A stretch of 64,000 bases of DNA. Origin: an uncultured bacterium. Its GTDB lineage: Bacteria > Joyebacterota > Joyebacteria > Joyebacterales > Joyebacteraceae. Within the stretch, counting starts at the first letter, position 1. Every line of letters starts with the position of its first letter. The stretch covers positions 3,141 through 67,140 of the forward strand of contig CAZFRO010000005.1 of NCBI GenBank assembly GCA_964521425.1, read 5' to 3'. The notes below the pieces were generated by a model, which worked only from the letters and a program-made list of their open reading frames with translations, made no database searches and was not told the origin of the DNA. Position numbers and translations under genes: made by a program. Positions 55,666 to 64,000 of this stretch are shown here, piece by piece.

Positions 55666-55941
55666 TCAGGCACCGACACCCATCAATTGCATAAGCACGT
55701 CCGAGACGGGCGCCTTCTTCTCCCAGCGACCCAGCTCTTCTTCGCCATTTCGGAGAATGATCGTCGGGATCTCACCCACACCCTGCATGGCGGCCTCGAT
55801 CAAACCATCCTCAGTACCGGCGTCAACCTCTTCGATCTCGACGGAGTCGGTCATCTCCCACTTACTGAGGAAGAACCCTATCTTCTCCTTCGCATTGATA
55901 CAGGCTGGACATTCCTGTTTCACAAAGAACACCAGTTTCAC
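55666..55941 (-). CDS. Glutaredoxin-like / NrdH-type small redoxin
   Basis: 91 aa. CPAC active-site motif 12 residues from the N-terminus on a thioredoxin-fold scaffold. Immediately upstream of the ribonucleotide reductase gene. Confidence 0.6.
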   Translation of the reverse strand: MKLVFFVKQECPACINAKEKIGFFLSKWEMTDSVEIEEVDAGTEDGLIEAAMQGVGEIPTIILRNGEEELGRWEKKAPVSDVLMQLMGVGA

Positions 55942-56000
55942 AGCGCCTCGCCTTCGTTGCGACCTTCAAGGAGCCGACCGCGTTTCGATGCCCTCTTGGG

Positions 56001-58511
56001 CTACGTTGTCCTGTCCGTGATTCCCGAGACGTGCGCCGCCCTGCAATGGGGACACGTGTCGACGAGGCCACGAGTGACCTTCTGACAGATATTGCAGGTC
56101 GTGAACTCCGGCGAGAACGCTATCTGCGCATTTCGCGTGTGAAGGAACGTGGACTTGACAAAGCTCGCCACGGCCTCCTTGTCCGGATGGCTGTCCGCTA
56201 TCCAGATATGACACAGGGCTCCCGCCTCGATCATATCGTGGAACATGCCTTCCTTCTTCACGCGCTCGACGGGACTGATCTTCTCCGCCACGTTCAGGAA
56301 CGTCGAGTTCGTGTAGTAGACCTCTCCTATTGAGAGATTTCCCTTCACGACCGCCTGCGCCTGACGCGGGAAGTGCTCGAGGTCCAGCTTGGCAAGTCGG
56401 TAGGCCGCCGACTCGGCCGGCGTCTGTTCAAGCACCAACCTCATGCCGGTCTTCTTCGACCACCGCTCACACTCGAGCTTGAGATGGGCAATGACCCTGA
56501 GTCCAAGACGGAACGCGCGATCGGACTCGTGCATCTCCTCACCCAGATGGCTCTGGACCAGTTCGTTCAGGCCCAGAAGCCCAACGAGGAAGGTCACGCG
56601 GTGCATCCGTAGATACTCCTGACCGTCCGGCTTCATCGTCAGAAGCGCCAGTGGCCCTCTATCTCCCATCGCAAGCAGGTTCTCTATTACGGTGCGCTTC
56701 TGCTCGTGCGCCTTGACAACGAGTTCGAAGGCCTCGTCCATCTTCTCCAAGAGCTTCTGGTCGTCCCCGTTCGCGTAGTACGCAGATCGCGGGAGATTGA
56801 GCGTGACATTCTGAAGAGCCGAGTAGCGCATCCTCCACGGCTCCTTGGCGTCTTCAAGGTCGGACTGGTCCAGTTTGAAGGAGAGCCGACAGCATTCCGA
56901 GATTTTCGCCGTGTCGCCCCTGTCAAACACGAAGTACGTGTTGCCCTTGTCGGCGGCAACATCCGATATGTGCAGCAGGAACTCCTCATGCCCCGGAGTC
57001 TGGAAGAAACGGTCTGTAATGTGGACGAGCGGCTTCGGGAAGAAGAAGGGACGTCCGGTCCCATCGCCCTCTTTGTATATATCAAAGAGAGCCATGGCGA
57101 ATCGCTGTGAGTCCTTCTCGTAGTCCTTGTAGGTCAGCCCCGTGTACTTGCCGCCCGGTCCGATCGCTGGGACGTCGGCGAAGTGCTTCGGCGTCTCCCA
57201 GTAGATATTGATGTCGCTGAAGATCGCCTGACCTCCCCTGGCGACACTCTGCTGCGAGTACTCGAAGATCATCATCTCGGCAAGCTGGTGAATGTCACGG
57301 TCGGACATCCCCACGAGAAACGGAGAGAAGAACGTGTTGACTGCATCCCATCCGATTGCTCCGGCGAAGTGACCCTGAAGCGCCGCAGAGAATTTCACCA
57401 TATGTGCCAGCAGGATCTCCGGGTGCTTCGCCGGCTTCGCAATTGAGAGAGCATTCGGCAGACTGAGGCCGAACTTCTTCACGTACTCAATGGACTGACC
57501 CGAGCAATACGGCCTGTCGAAGAAACCGAGATCGTGCAGGTGGATGTCTCCGCGGGCGTGTCCGTCGGCGACCTCCTGGCTGAACACGGAGAGAAGCGCG
57601 TACTGCTTCTTCACCGCCTCCGCCAGAGACATGTTGGTCGCCTCGGGATTGTGCGGGATGTTCGCATTCTCTTTGTTGGGTTCGAGGATGATCCTCTTCG
57701 CATCATAGAGGGGAACACCGAGTCGTGTGTGTCTGCGGCGTGCGTCCTCGAGACCGTGTTCGATGAGCTTCGCATCTACAAGCTCACGAACGAGTGGCGC
57801 CGTGATGACAGCGGTCCCGCCGAGTGCGATCTGATCCTCGACTTCGCGACTGATCTTCTCGGCCTTGTCGACGGGGACGTCCGCCTCACGAATGAGCGTC
57901 TCCACGATCTTCTCGCGATCCCACGCGATGATATCGTCGCCGGACGTTCTGACGAAGAGGGAGAGGTCGGTCGAGTCAAGTGACGGCCGCTGCGTCTCGA
58001 GACCGGCGAGACCCGTGTTGATGTCCGTCCTGCGGATCCTCGATCGCTTGTCTCTATAGAGGATGAAGGCCTTGGCCGTCCTGGCGTGGCCCCTCTCCAC
58101 CAGGATCTTCTCAATGGAGTCCTGTATCTCCTCCACCTGCGGCAACTTAGCGCCTGTCTCGGAGTACATGTAGAGAAGCACTTCATCGGTCAGTCGCTCT
58201 GCGATCTCCTGATCCCTGCCCCCCACCTCCTGCGCTGCCCTGAAGATGGCGGTCGTGATCTTCTTCCTGTCGAACGGAACGATCTTCCCGCTTCGTTTGC
58301 GCACGAGACGGAAGAGTTTGCTCGCGAGTCTCCGGTGGAGACCGAGAATCTCTTCCTCGTCCATGTAGAGTCTGAGGCGCCCGGTGCTGTCGGGTGCTCC
58401 ATCTTCTACTGCCGTGTCAACATCGAACGCGGGCATCTCCTCTGTTGCTGCAAATCTGTTGTCGCTTGCGCTAAGCTCAACCGAGGAATCTTCCTTTTTC
58501 AATTCCGGCAT
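56001..58511 (-). CDS. Ribonucleoside-triphosphate reductase with two N-terminal ATP cones and C-terminal Zn ribbon; no recognisable glycyl-radical motif (class II NrdJ-like or atypical class III NrdD)
   Basis: ATP cones (KIVPFDRKKITTAIFRAAQEV...; IIAWDREKIVETLIREADV...). Large catalytic barrel domain. C-terminal CNICQ...CPHC Zn finger. The C-terminus lacks an RVCGY-type glycine radical loop. Confidence 0.75.
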   Translation of the reverse strand: MPELKKEDSSVELSASDNRFAATEEMPAFDVDTAVEDGAPDSTGRLRLYMDEEEILGLHRRLASKLFRLVRKRSGKIVPFDRKKITTAIFRAAQEVGGRDQEIAERLTDEVLLYMYSETGAKLPQVEEIQDSIEKILVERGHARTAKAFILYRDKRSRIRRTDINTGLAGLETQRPSLDSTDLSLFVRTSGDDIIAWDREKIVETLIREADVPVDKAEKISREVEDQIALGGTAVITAPLVRELVDAKLIEHGLEDARRRHTRLGVPLYDAKRIILEPNKENANIPHNPEATNMSLAEAVKKQYALLSVFSQEVADGHARGDIHLHDLGFFDRPYCSGQSIEYVKKFGLSLPNALSIAKPAKHPEILLAHMVKFSAALQGHFAGAIGWDAVNTFFSPFLVGMSDRDIHQLAEMMIFEYSQQSVARGGQAIFSDINIYWETPKHFADVPAIGPGGKYTGLTYKDYEKDSQRFAMALFDIYKEGDGTGRPFFFPKPLVHITDRFFQTPGHEEFLLHISDVAADKGNTYFVFDRGDTAKISECCRLSFKLDQSDLEDAKEPWRMRYSALQNVTLNLPRSAYYANGDDQKLLEKMDEAFELVVKAHEQKRTVIENLLAMGDRGPLALLTMKPDGQEYLRMHRVTFLVGLLGLNELVQSHLGEEMHESDRAFRLGLRVIAHLKLECERWSKKTGMRLVLEQTPAESAAYRLAKLDLEHFPRQAQAVVKGNLSIGEVYYTNSTFLNVAEKISPVERVKKEGMFHDMIEAGALCHIWIADSHPDKEAVASFVKSTFLHTRNAQIAFSPEFTTCNICQKVTRGLVDTCPHCRAAHVSGITDRTT

Positions 58512-58699
58512 TGATGCGCCACCGATCCTCTCGTGATCAGAGTCCGTGAATCACTGCGGCACCGAAACGGGCGAACCCGATCGAAGCTCTCATCTCTATA
58601 ACTGTCGGTTAGTAATGGTTGGTTGGTACTCAAGGTGGGAAGGCCGCTCCGCGCACAACACATCGACCCGTAGCTGTCTTCCTCCTTCGGCGATTCGCA

Positions 58700-58729
58700 G
58701 ATTATCAGCCGAGGCCAAACCGTGTCAAG
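58700..58729 (-). promoter_or_regulatory. Candidate sigma70-type promoter for the ribonucleotide reductase gene, giving a ~180-nt leader
   Basis: On the minus strand: TTGACA (plus 58724-58729), 18-nt spacer, TAATCT (plus 58700-58705). Confidence 0.35.
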
Positions 58730-58814
58730 CGATTAGCATATTGCCCGTGATTTTTCTCCGGCGACGGGTGCTGAAGGGGGGCTCAAGACCGTTTGGCAGA
58801 GATTTCTTAACACG

Positions 58815-59282
58815 TCAAGAGTCCACGACGGCCAGATCGCCGAGGGCGACGACCGGGATGCCGGCCTGTGCCAGGAGCTCTGAGGCGAGCTCGTCCGGAT
58901 AGCCATCCGCAGAGATCACACGCTTGATGCCGGCGTTGATGATCATCTTCGCGCAGACGGAACAGGGGTGGTGCGTCGTGTAGATCGCCGAACCGCTGAT
59001 ACCGGTTCCGTAGTTTGCAGACTGAATGATGGCGTTCTGCTCAGCATGGATTCCGCGGCAGAGTTCGTGCCGCTCCCCGTGCGGGACGTTCAGCTTCTCC
59101 CGGATGCAGCCGGTCGTCTCACAGTGAGGCAGTCCGGCCGGTGCTCCGTTGTATCCGGTGGCGAGGATCCTGCGATCCTTGACGATGACGGCGCCGACCG
59201 ACCGCCTGAGGCAGGTCGAGCGCCCCGCGACAAGCCGCGCGATGTTCATGAAATACTCGTCCCACGGTGGTCTCTTGGTCAA
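58815..59282 (-). CDS. dCMP deaminase (cytidine/deoxycytidylate deaminase family, ComEB-like)
   Basis: Zinc-binding motifs HAEQNAI and [21 protein letters not shown]-terminus is typical of dCMP deaminase. Confidence 0.85.
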   Translation of the reverse strand: MTKRPPWDEYFMNIARLVAGRSTCLRRSVGAVIVKDRRILATGYNGAPAGLPHCETTGCIREKLNVPHGERHELCRGIHAEQNAIIQSANYGTGISGSAIYTTHHPCSVCAKMIINAGIKRVISADGYPDELASELLAQAGIPVVALGDLAVVDS

Positions 59283-59318
59283 AGTTCGTGTCCTCCTGAA
59301 GTGCCTCCGAAAGCCCTG

Positions 59319-60611
59319 CTATGCGGGCCTATCCTCCCCCACGACCAGCGGGAAGGCGACACAGAGCTCTTCGATGTCCTTCTTGACGAGCTCCAGATTT
59401 TGCTCGTTCTCGGGATCCGCCAGGGCCCTGTCGATGAGGGCCACGACCTTGTCGATCTCGGTCGCTCCCATGCCGCGGGTCGTCAGTGCCGGTGTCCCGA
59501 TGCGGATACCGCTCGCGATGAACGGCTTCTCCGGATCGAACGGAATCGTGTTCTTGTTGACGGTGATGCCGGCCTTCTCGAGCGACTTCTCGGCGACCTT
59601 GCCGGTCACGCCCTTCGTCCTCAGATCCACGAGCATGAGGTGCGTGTCGGTGCCATCCGACACGAGCCGGAAGCCGTGGCGTTTGAAAGCCTCTGCCATG
59701 TGTTGCGCGTTCTCCACGATTCGTTGCTGATACTCGCGGAACGACGGCTGCATCGCCTCCCTGAAGCAGACCGCCTTGCCGGCGATGACATGCATCAGTG
59801 GACCGCCCTGAATCCCGGGGAAGACCGTCTTGTCGATGGCTCGCGCGAGCTCTTCCCTGCAGAGGACCATTCCTCCGCGAGGACCGCGCAGAGTCTTGTG
59901 CGTTGTCGTAGTCACAACGTCCGCGTACGGAACCGGACTTGGGTGGATACCGGCGGCGACAAGACCTGCGATGTGCGCCATGTCAACCATGAGGCTTGCG
60001 CCGACCTCATCCGCGATCTCGCGGAACTTCGCGAAGTCGAGAGTTCGAGGATAGGCGGACGCGCCAGTCACGATGAGCTTCGGCTTGTGCTCGAGTGCGA
60101 GCTTCCGGAGAACATCGTAGTCGAGAACCTCGGTCTCCTTGTCGACGCCGTAGTGAACGACGTTGTAGAACATCCCTGAGAAACTGATCGGATGGCCGTG
60201 CGTCAGGTGACCGCCGTGAGACAACTCGAGTCCGAAGTACGTGTCGCCCGGATTGAGGAGCGCGAAGTAGACGGCCATGTTCGCCTGGCTTCCGGAATGA
60301 GGCTGGACGTTCGCGTGATCGGCTTCGAACAGCTCCTTCGCTCTGGCGATGGCCAGGTTCTCCGCCTTGTCCACGAACTCGCAGCCACCGTAGTAGCGGC
60401 CGTTCCGGTTCCAGTTGATCGTCCCGTCCTTCTTGCGGAAATAGGGGTAGCCCTCGGCGTATTTGTTCGTCATCACCGACCCCACGGCCTCCCTTACCGC
60501 CCCGCTCGTGAAGTTCTCCGAAGCTATCAGCTCCAGTTTGTCGGTCTGCCGGTGTATTTCCGACAGTATCGCCTCGAATATCTCCGGATCCACGTCCCGT
60601 AGCGCTGGCAT
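59319..60611 (-). CDS. glyA: Serine hydroxymethyltransferase
   Basis: Full-length SHMT ([20 protein letters not shown].., [17 protein letters not shown]-lysine region). Confidence 0.95.
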   Translation of the reverse strand: MPALRDVDPEIFEAILSEIHRQTDKLELIASENFTSGAVREAVGSVMTNKYAEGYPYFRKKDGTINWNRNGRYYGGCEFVDKAENLAIARAKELFEADHANVQPHSGSQANMAVYFALLNPGDTYFGLELSHGGHLTHGHPISFSGMFYNVVHYGVDKETEVLDYDVLRKLALEHKPKLIVTGASAYPRTLDFAKFREIADEVGASLMVDMAHIAGLVAAGIHPSPVPYADVVTTTTHKTLRGPRGGMVLCREELARAIDKTVFPGIQGGPLMHVIAGKAVCFREAMQPSFREYQQRIVENAQHMAEAFKRHGFRLVSDGTDTHLMLVDLRTKGVTGKVAEKSLEKAGITVNKNTIPFDPEKPFIASGIRIGTPALTTRGMGATEIDKVVALIDRALADPENEQNLELVKKDIEELCVAFPLVVGEDRPA

Positions 60612-60613
60612 TC

Positions 60614-61054
60614 CTACTCCCCTTCCATCTTCATTATCTTGTCAACGCGGGCAATGTGTCTCCCGCCCTCGAATCCCTCAGTAATCCATGCGTCCACTAT
60701 CCGGATCGCGAGATCCGCGTCCACGAATCGGCCCGGCAGGCAGAGGACGTTCGCATTGTTGTGCTGTCGCGACAACCGGGCTATCTCCTCACTCCAAGCG
60801 AGCGCGGCCCGGATCCCTCCTACCTTGTTTGCCACCATGACCATTCCCTGGCCGGACCCGCAGACGAGAATGCCGCGGTCCACGTCTCCCGATGCGACAT
60901 CGCGCGCGACCGGGGCGCCGTAGTCCGCGTAGTCGACGGATGCGTCGCTGTCGGCACCGTGATCCTTCACACTGACGCCGAGCGACATCAGGTGTTCCTT
61001 CACGATCGTCTTGATGTTGAATCCCGCGTGATCGGAACCAATCGCGATTGTCAT
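60614..61054 (-). CDS. rpiB: Ribose-5-phosphate isomerase B
   Basis: [22 protein letters not shown]...[24 protein letters not shown]... The 146-aa RpiB/LacAB core lies at the C-terminus of a longer six-frame ORF. Start set at the internal ATG. Confidence 0.85.
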   Translation of the reverse strand: MTIAIGSDHAGFNIKTIVKEHLMSLGVSVKDHGADSDASVDYADYGAPVARDVASGDVDRGILVCGSGQGMVMVANKVGGIRAALAWSEEIARLSRQHNNANVLCLPGRFVDADLAIRIVDAWITEGFEGGRHIARVDKIMKMEGE

Positions 61055-61125
61055 GGTATGCACGTCACCCTCCCAGCTGTCTACGTTGCAGCCGTCTACA
61101 TCGCAGCCGAGCACATCGCAGACGT

Positions 61126-61599
61126 CTACGTCTTCCCGGCAAGCTCCAGCAGTTTCGGAAGCGAATTTCGCAGGTAGCCGTCGAGCATATCGAACACGGC
61201 CTTGTACTCCTCCACCGGACCTCCGACAGGATCGGGGACATCCACGTCCGAACCGTCGGCGAAGTCCGACAGCAGGAACGTGCGATCGGCCGCCGCCGGA
61301 TCCAGGTCGTTGACAAGCCCGTGGTGGATCTCGGTCATGACCAGAATGATGTCCGCCTGCTCCATTGAGAGACGCGTGAGGCCTCTCGAGCGATGCGCCG
61401 CAATGTCCGCACCGTGATCGCGTGTGACTGCGATTGCGTGGTCCGTCGCGGGCATGCCGTCCAGGTTGGCTGTCCCGGCGGAGCGCACGTCGATATCCTC
61501 CCGCCGGTCCTCGGGTATCATCCTCCGGAGCATCCCCTCGGCCATCGCGCTCCGGCAGGAGTTGCCCGTACACACGAACAGGACGGACAGGGCCATCAA
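61126..61599 (-). CDS. Low-molecular-weight protein-tyrosine phosphatase (or ArsC-type arsenate reductase, LMW-PTP fold)
   Basis: P-loop VLFVCTGNSCRSAMAEG (CX5R) at the N-terminus and a DP motif near the C-terminus. Confidence 0.75.
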   Translation of the reverse strand: MMALSVLFVCTGNSCRSAMAEGMLRRMIPEDRREDIDVRSAGTANLDGMPATDHAIAVTRDHGADIAAHRSRGLTRLSMEQADIILVMTEIHHGLVNDLDPAAADRTFLLSDFADGSDVDVPDPVGGPVEEYKAVFDMLDGYLRNSLPKLLELAGKT

Positions 61600-61684
61600 T
61601 CCCTCTCAATGCGAAGGTGAATCTCAAGTCTAGGCAGGAGGAAGCGGCTAGTCAACCGCTGAGAACCTGGAATCGAACTGCCCG

Positions 61685-62323
61685 CTACAACCCAAGCACG
61701 GCGTGTACATCCGCCACCGAGACGGTGCCCTCCCTGAGCACGGCGGGCGTGCCGGCCGTGAGATCGACGACTGTGGTCGGCGCCACGGCCCCCGAGGGGT
61801 ACCACCTCACGGCGACCTCGATCCAGTCGCGAAGCTGGGCCACGGCCTCATCCACATTCCGTGGGGGCTCACGTCCCTCTATGTTCGCGCTCGGGGCCGT
61901 GATCGGCTGTCCGACCAGAGCCAGAATCTCCTGGACCACTTCGTTGCGTTCGAACCTGATGGCGACAGTGCCGGTACCGGCCGTCAGCTCCCCCGGGAGT
62001 CTGTCAGATGCCTCAAGCACGTAGGTGATTCCCTTGCTCCCGAGCTTCCATTCCAGTTCCTTGAGCGACTCAGGTATGCCATTGACGAGCGGCTTCGCCA
62101 TCTCGAAGGAATCCACCAGCGCGATGAGCGGCTTGGAGGCATCTCTCTCCTTCGCCTTGAACACCCGCTTCACTGCATCAGGGTTGAGTGCGTCGGCGCA
62201 GAGAGCGTAGTACGTCATCGTGGGCAGCACGACAAGCGACCCGTCCTTGATCGCGAGTGCGGCCGGCCTGAGAAGATCCCGGGTTTTCTCATCGCTTCCT
62301 TGAGTGAGGTCTATCTCTTTCAT
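61685..62323 (-). CDS. tsaC: L-threonylcarbamoyladenylate synthase (YrdC/Sua5 domain)
   Basis: YrdC-domain motifs (VVLPTMTYYALCADALN, KERDASKPLIALV, PSANIEGREPP). ~212 aa, so the YrdC-only TsaC type. Confidence 0.8.
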   Translation of the reverse strand: MKEIDLTQGSDEKTRDLLRPAALAIKDGSLVVLPTMTYYALCADALNPDAVKRVFKAKERDASKPLIALVDSFEMAKPLVNGIPESLKELEWKLGSKGITYVLEASDRLPGELTAGTGTVAIRFERNEVVQEILALVGQPITAPSANIEGREPPRNVDEAVAQLRDWIEVAVRWYPSGAVAPTTVVDLTAGTPAVLREGTVSVADVHAVLGL

Positions 62324-63630
62324 GGATCATCCCTCCCACCGGCCGTCGCGCCCTTTACGTTCTCAAGTGCGCGGTGCGCTATGTCAGTCCTGTGGTGCGC
62401 GTCGTCGAAGCTGATCGCTCCGACACCCGCATATGCGCGGTCGAGCGCGTCGGGTAGCGTCGGTCCCGTGCCGGTGACACCGAGCACTCGGCCACCCGCC
62501 GTCACCGTGGCGCCTCCACTGTCGGCAGTCCCCGCGTGGAACACGACGACACCCTCCATGGCGCCTGCGGTCTTGAGCCCGTGAATCGGCTTCCCCTTCT
62601 TGTACGCCGCCGGATACCCGCCGGATGCCATAACAACGCAGGCAGCCGACTGACCGGTCGCCCCGACGGAGGAAGGATCAAGCTCGCCAACGGCGACCGA
62701 CATCATGATCTCCGCAAGGTTACCATCGAGAAGCGGGAGAACTACCTGCGTCTCCGGGTCACCGAACCGGCAGTTGAACTCGAGCACCTTGGGTCCATCG
62801 GCCGTGATCATGAGTCCCGCATACAGGACGCCACGGTACTCGGTATCGTATTCCTCGGCGAGCGTGCGGACTGTCGCCATGATGACATCGCGCTCAATGT
62901 CGGCCAGCATCCGGTCATCCACGACGGGCGCCGGCGCGTATGCGCCCATCCCTCCCGTGTTCGCTCCCCTGTCTCCATCGAACACCCGCTTGTGGTCCTG
63001 CGAGGGAACGAGCGATGCGATGCGGCACCCATCCGTGAAGGCCAGTATCGACGCCTCCTCTCCCACAAGGTACTCCTCAACAAGAACGTGGGAGCCGGCC
63101 GCGCCGAACCGACCCTCGGTAAGCACGGCGTCTATCGCAGAGATGGCCTCGTCCTCGCTCGCGGCCATCATGACACCTTTGCCGGCGGCCAACCCATCCG
63201 CCTTGATCACGACTGGGCTTCCAAGTTCGCGGACGTGGGAAATCGCTTCATCGCGGCTCGTGGTCGCCCAGGCACGCGCGGTCGGGATACCGGCACGCAG
63301 CATGAGTTTCTTCGCAAACCACTTGCTTCCCTCAAGGCGGGCGGCCGATTTGGACGGACCAAAGACAGCGAGTCCCTCATCGGCAAACCTGTCGGCGATA
63401 CCCATGGTGAGCGGGATCTCCGGACCGACAACAGTGAGATCGCAGCGCTCCTCCGATGCAAGACGGGCAAGGCCTTCGATATCATCGGCCGCCACCGGCA
63501 GACACCGCGCAAGCTCAGCTACGCCGGCGTTGCCAGGCGCCGCGATGATGTCGGTCACCGTCGGGCTCTCTCTGAGCTTCCAGACGAGCGCGTGCTCCCG
63601 CCCCCCCCCACCTACGACGAGTATCTTCAT
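62320..63630 (-). CDS. purD: Phosphoribosylamine--glycine ligase
   Basis: MKILVVGGGGREHALVWKL N-terminus and ATP-grasp core. The in-frame poly-C (9 nt) encodes GGG. Confidence 0.95.
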   Translation of the reverse strand: MKILVVGGGGREHALVWKLRESPTVTDIIAAPGNAGVAELARCLPVAADDIEGLARLASEERCDLTVVGPEIPLTMGIADRFADEGLAVFGPSKSAARLEGSKWFAKKLMLRAGIPTARAWATTSRDEAISHVRELGSPVVIKADGLAAGKGVMMAASEDEAISAIDAVLTEGRFGAAGSHVLVEEYLVGEEASILAFTDGCRIASLVPSQDHKRVFDGDRGANTGGMGAYAPAPVVDDRMLADIERDVIMATVRTLAEEYDTEYRGVLYAGLMITADGPKVLEFNCRFGDPETQVVLPLLDGNLAEIMMSVAVGELDPSSVGATGQSAACVVMASGGYPAAYKKGKPIHGLKTAGAMEGVVVFHAGTADSGGATVTAGGRVLGVTGTGPTLPDALDRAYAGVGAISFDDAHHRTDIAHRALENVKGATAGGRDDP

Positions 63631-63769
63631 TCCTCATGCCTTCCCGGGGAACGTCTGTTAGACGGGGCCGACCCATGAGGGATCGGCCCCGATGTGGGAC
63701 GTTGAATCGCACGAACGGGCGATGTTGCGCCGGCGAAAAGAGCAGGCCACGAGTCGCGGCCACAGCCGG

Positions 63770-64000
63770 TTACCGGTAAAGCTCCTTGATCATCCCCCAG
63801 CTCGTCCGCTCGACGGCCGTAGTGTAGCCGTCGACGGTCATGATGTACCTGCGACCGCAGTCGATCGGCCACCAGAACGATGGTCCGATCCAGAGCCAGT
63901 ACGTGCCTGGATCGAGCGCCTGGACTATGCAGACGTCTTCACAGGAACCTCCGGTCTGGAGGTCAATGGTCACGGTGTTGCTGCAATCCGGCTCAGCCTT
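63770..64000 (-). CDS. 3' end of an unidentified gene (C-terminal fragment; rest lies outside the window)
   Basis: Open frame running to the window edge, ending ...GTYWLWIGPSFWWPIDCGRRYIMTVDGYTTAVERTSWGMIKELYR*. Confidence 0.35.
   Translation of the reverse strand, partial: KAEPDCSNTVTIDLQTGGSCEDVCIVQALDPGTYWLWIGPSFWWPIDCGRRYIMTVDGYTTAVERTSWGMIKELYR

Noticed and set aside
58512-58700. Cobalamin riboswitch or NrdR box in the reductase leader
   Set aside because: No B12-box-like sequence and no 16-bp NrdR palindrome (acaCwAtATaTwGtgt) recognisable. Left as an open check, not a feature.
63594-63612. 9-10-nt poly-C tract at the 5' end of purD, a possible frameshift site
   Set aside because: On the coding strand it reads GGTGGGGGGGGGCGG and translates in frame as VVGGGGREHA, the canonical PurD N-terminus. 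No disruption.
1-64000. CRISPR arrays, tRNA/rRNA genes, transposases/integrases
   Set aside because: No direct-repeat/spacer periodicity, no tRNA-like T-arm motifs in the few intergenic regions, and no ORF with transposase or integrase motifs were seen.

Overview
This is a high-GC (~63%) bacterial chromosomal segment with no rRNA, tRNA, CRISPR or obvious mobile elements. Gene content points to an anaerobic member of the FCB (Bacteroidota-related) superphylum, possibly an uncultivated lineage; this is inference. Two kinds of region alternate. The housekeeping part holds fusA (3' end), purM, argS, rsfS, glyA, rpiB, tsaC, purD and a dCMP deaminase. It also holds a long minus-strand Rnf cluster (rnfC-D-G-E-A-B) followed by a MenA-like UbiA prenyltransferase, apbE, an orphan AmmeMemoRadiSam-type radical SAM enzyme, a NusG-domain-II/Gx-transporter pair and rseC. 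Further on there is a ribonucleoside-triphosphate reductase with two ATP cones, a C-terminal Zn ribbon and no recognisable glycyl-radical motif, next to a glutaredoxin-like redoxin. The accessory part holds seven secreted proteins with type-A T9SS C-terminal sorting domains (ending ...KKMLLLK or similar). They include a putative Zn metallopeptidase, BNR/Asp-box propeller proteins, a gingipain-like C25 peptidase, a beta-helix protein, a GEVED-domain protein with an internal ~210-aa tandem duplication, and two proteins with dockerin-like Ca-binding repeats. One metzincin-like cargo gene is split into two overlapping ORFs at a 9-G homopolymer. Three cargo genes share a near-identical ~80-nt 3' element (conserved box after the stop codon, then a GC-rich terminator hairpin). 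Two paralogous secreted proteins with internally duplicated unknown domains lie next to cargo genes. One operon couples an ArnT/PMT-family glycosyltransferase, an arylsulfotransferase-like propeller, a BNR lipoprotein and the C25 peptidase. The most unusual single gene is a 1619-aa sigma-54 activator that fuses a pseudokinase, a STAND-like P-loop NTPase, TPR repeats, a GAF domain, a sigma-54 AAA+ module and a Fis HTH; it sits next to a 7TM HD-GYP phosphodiesterase. Many long reverse-strand ORFs in the six-frame track are GC-driven shadow ORFs and are not annotated.
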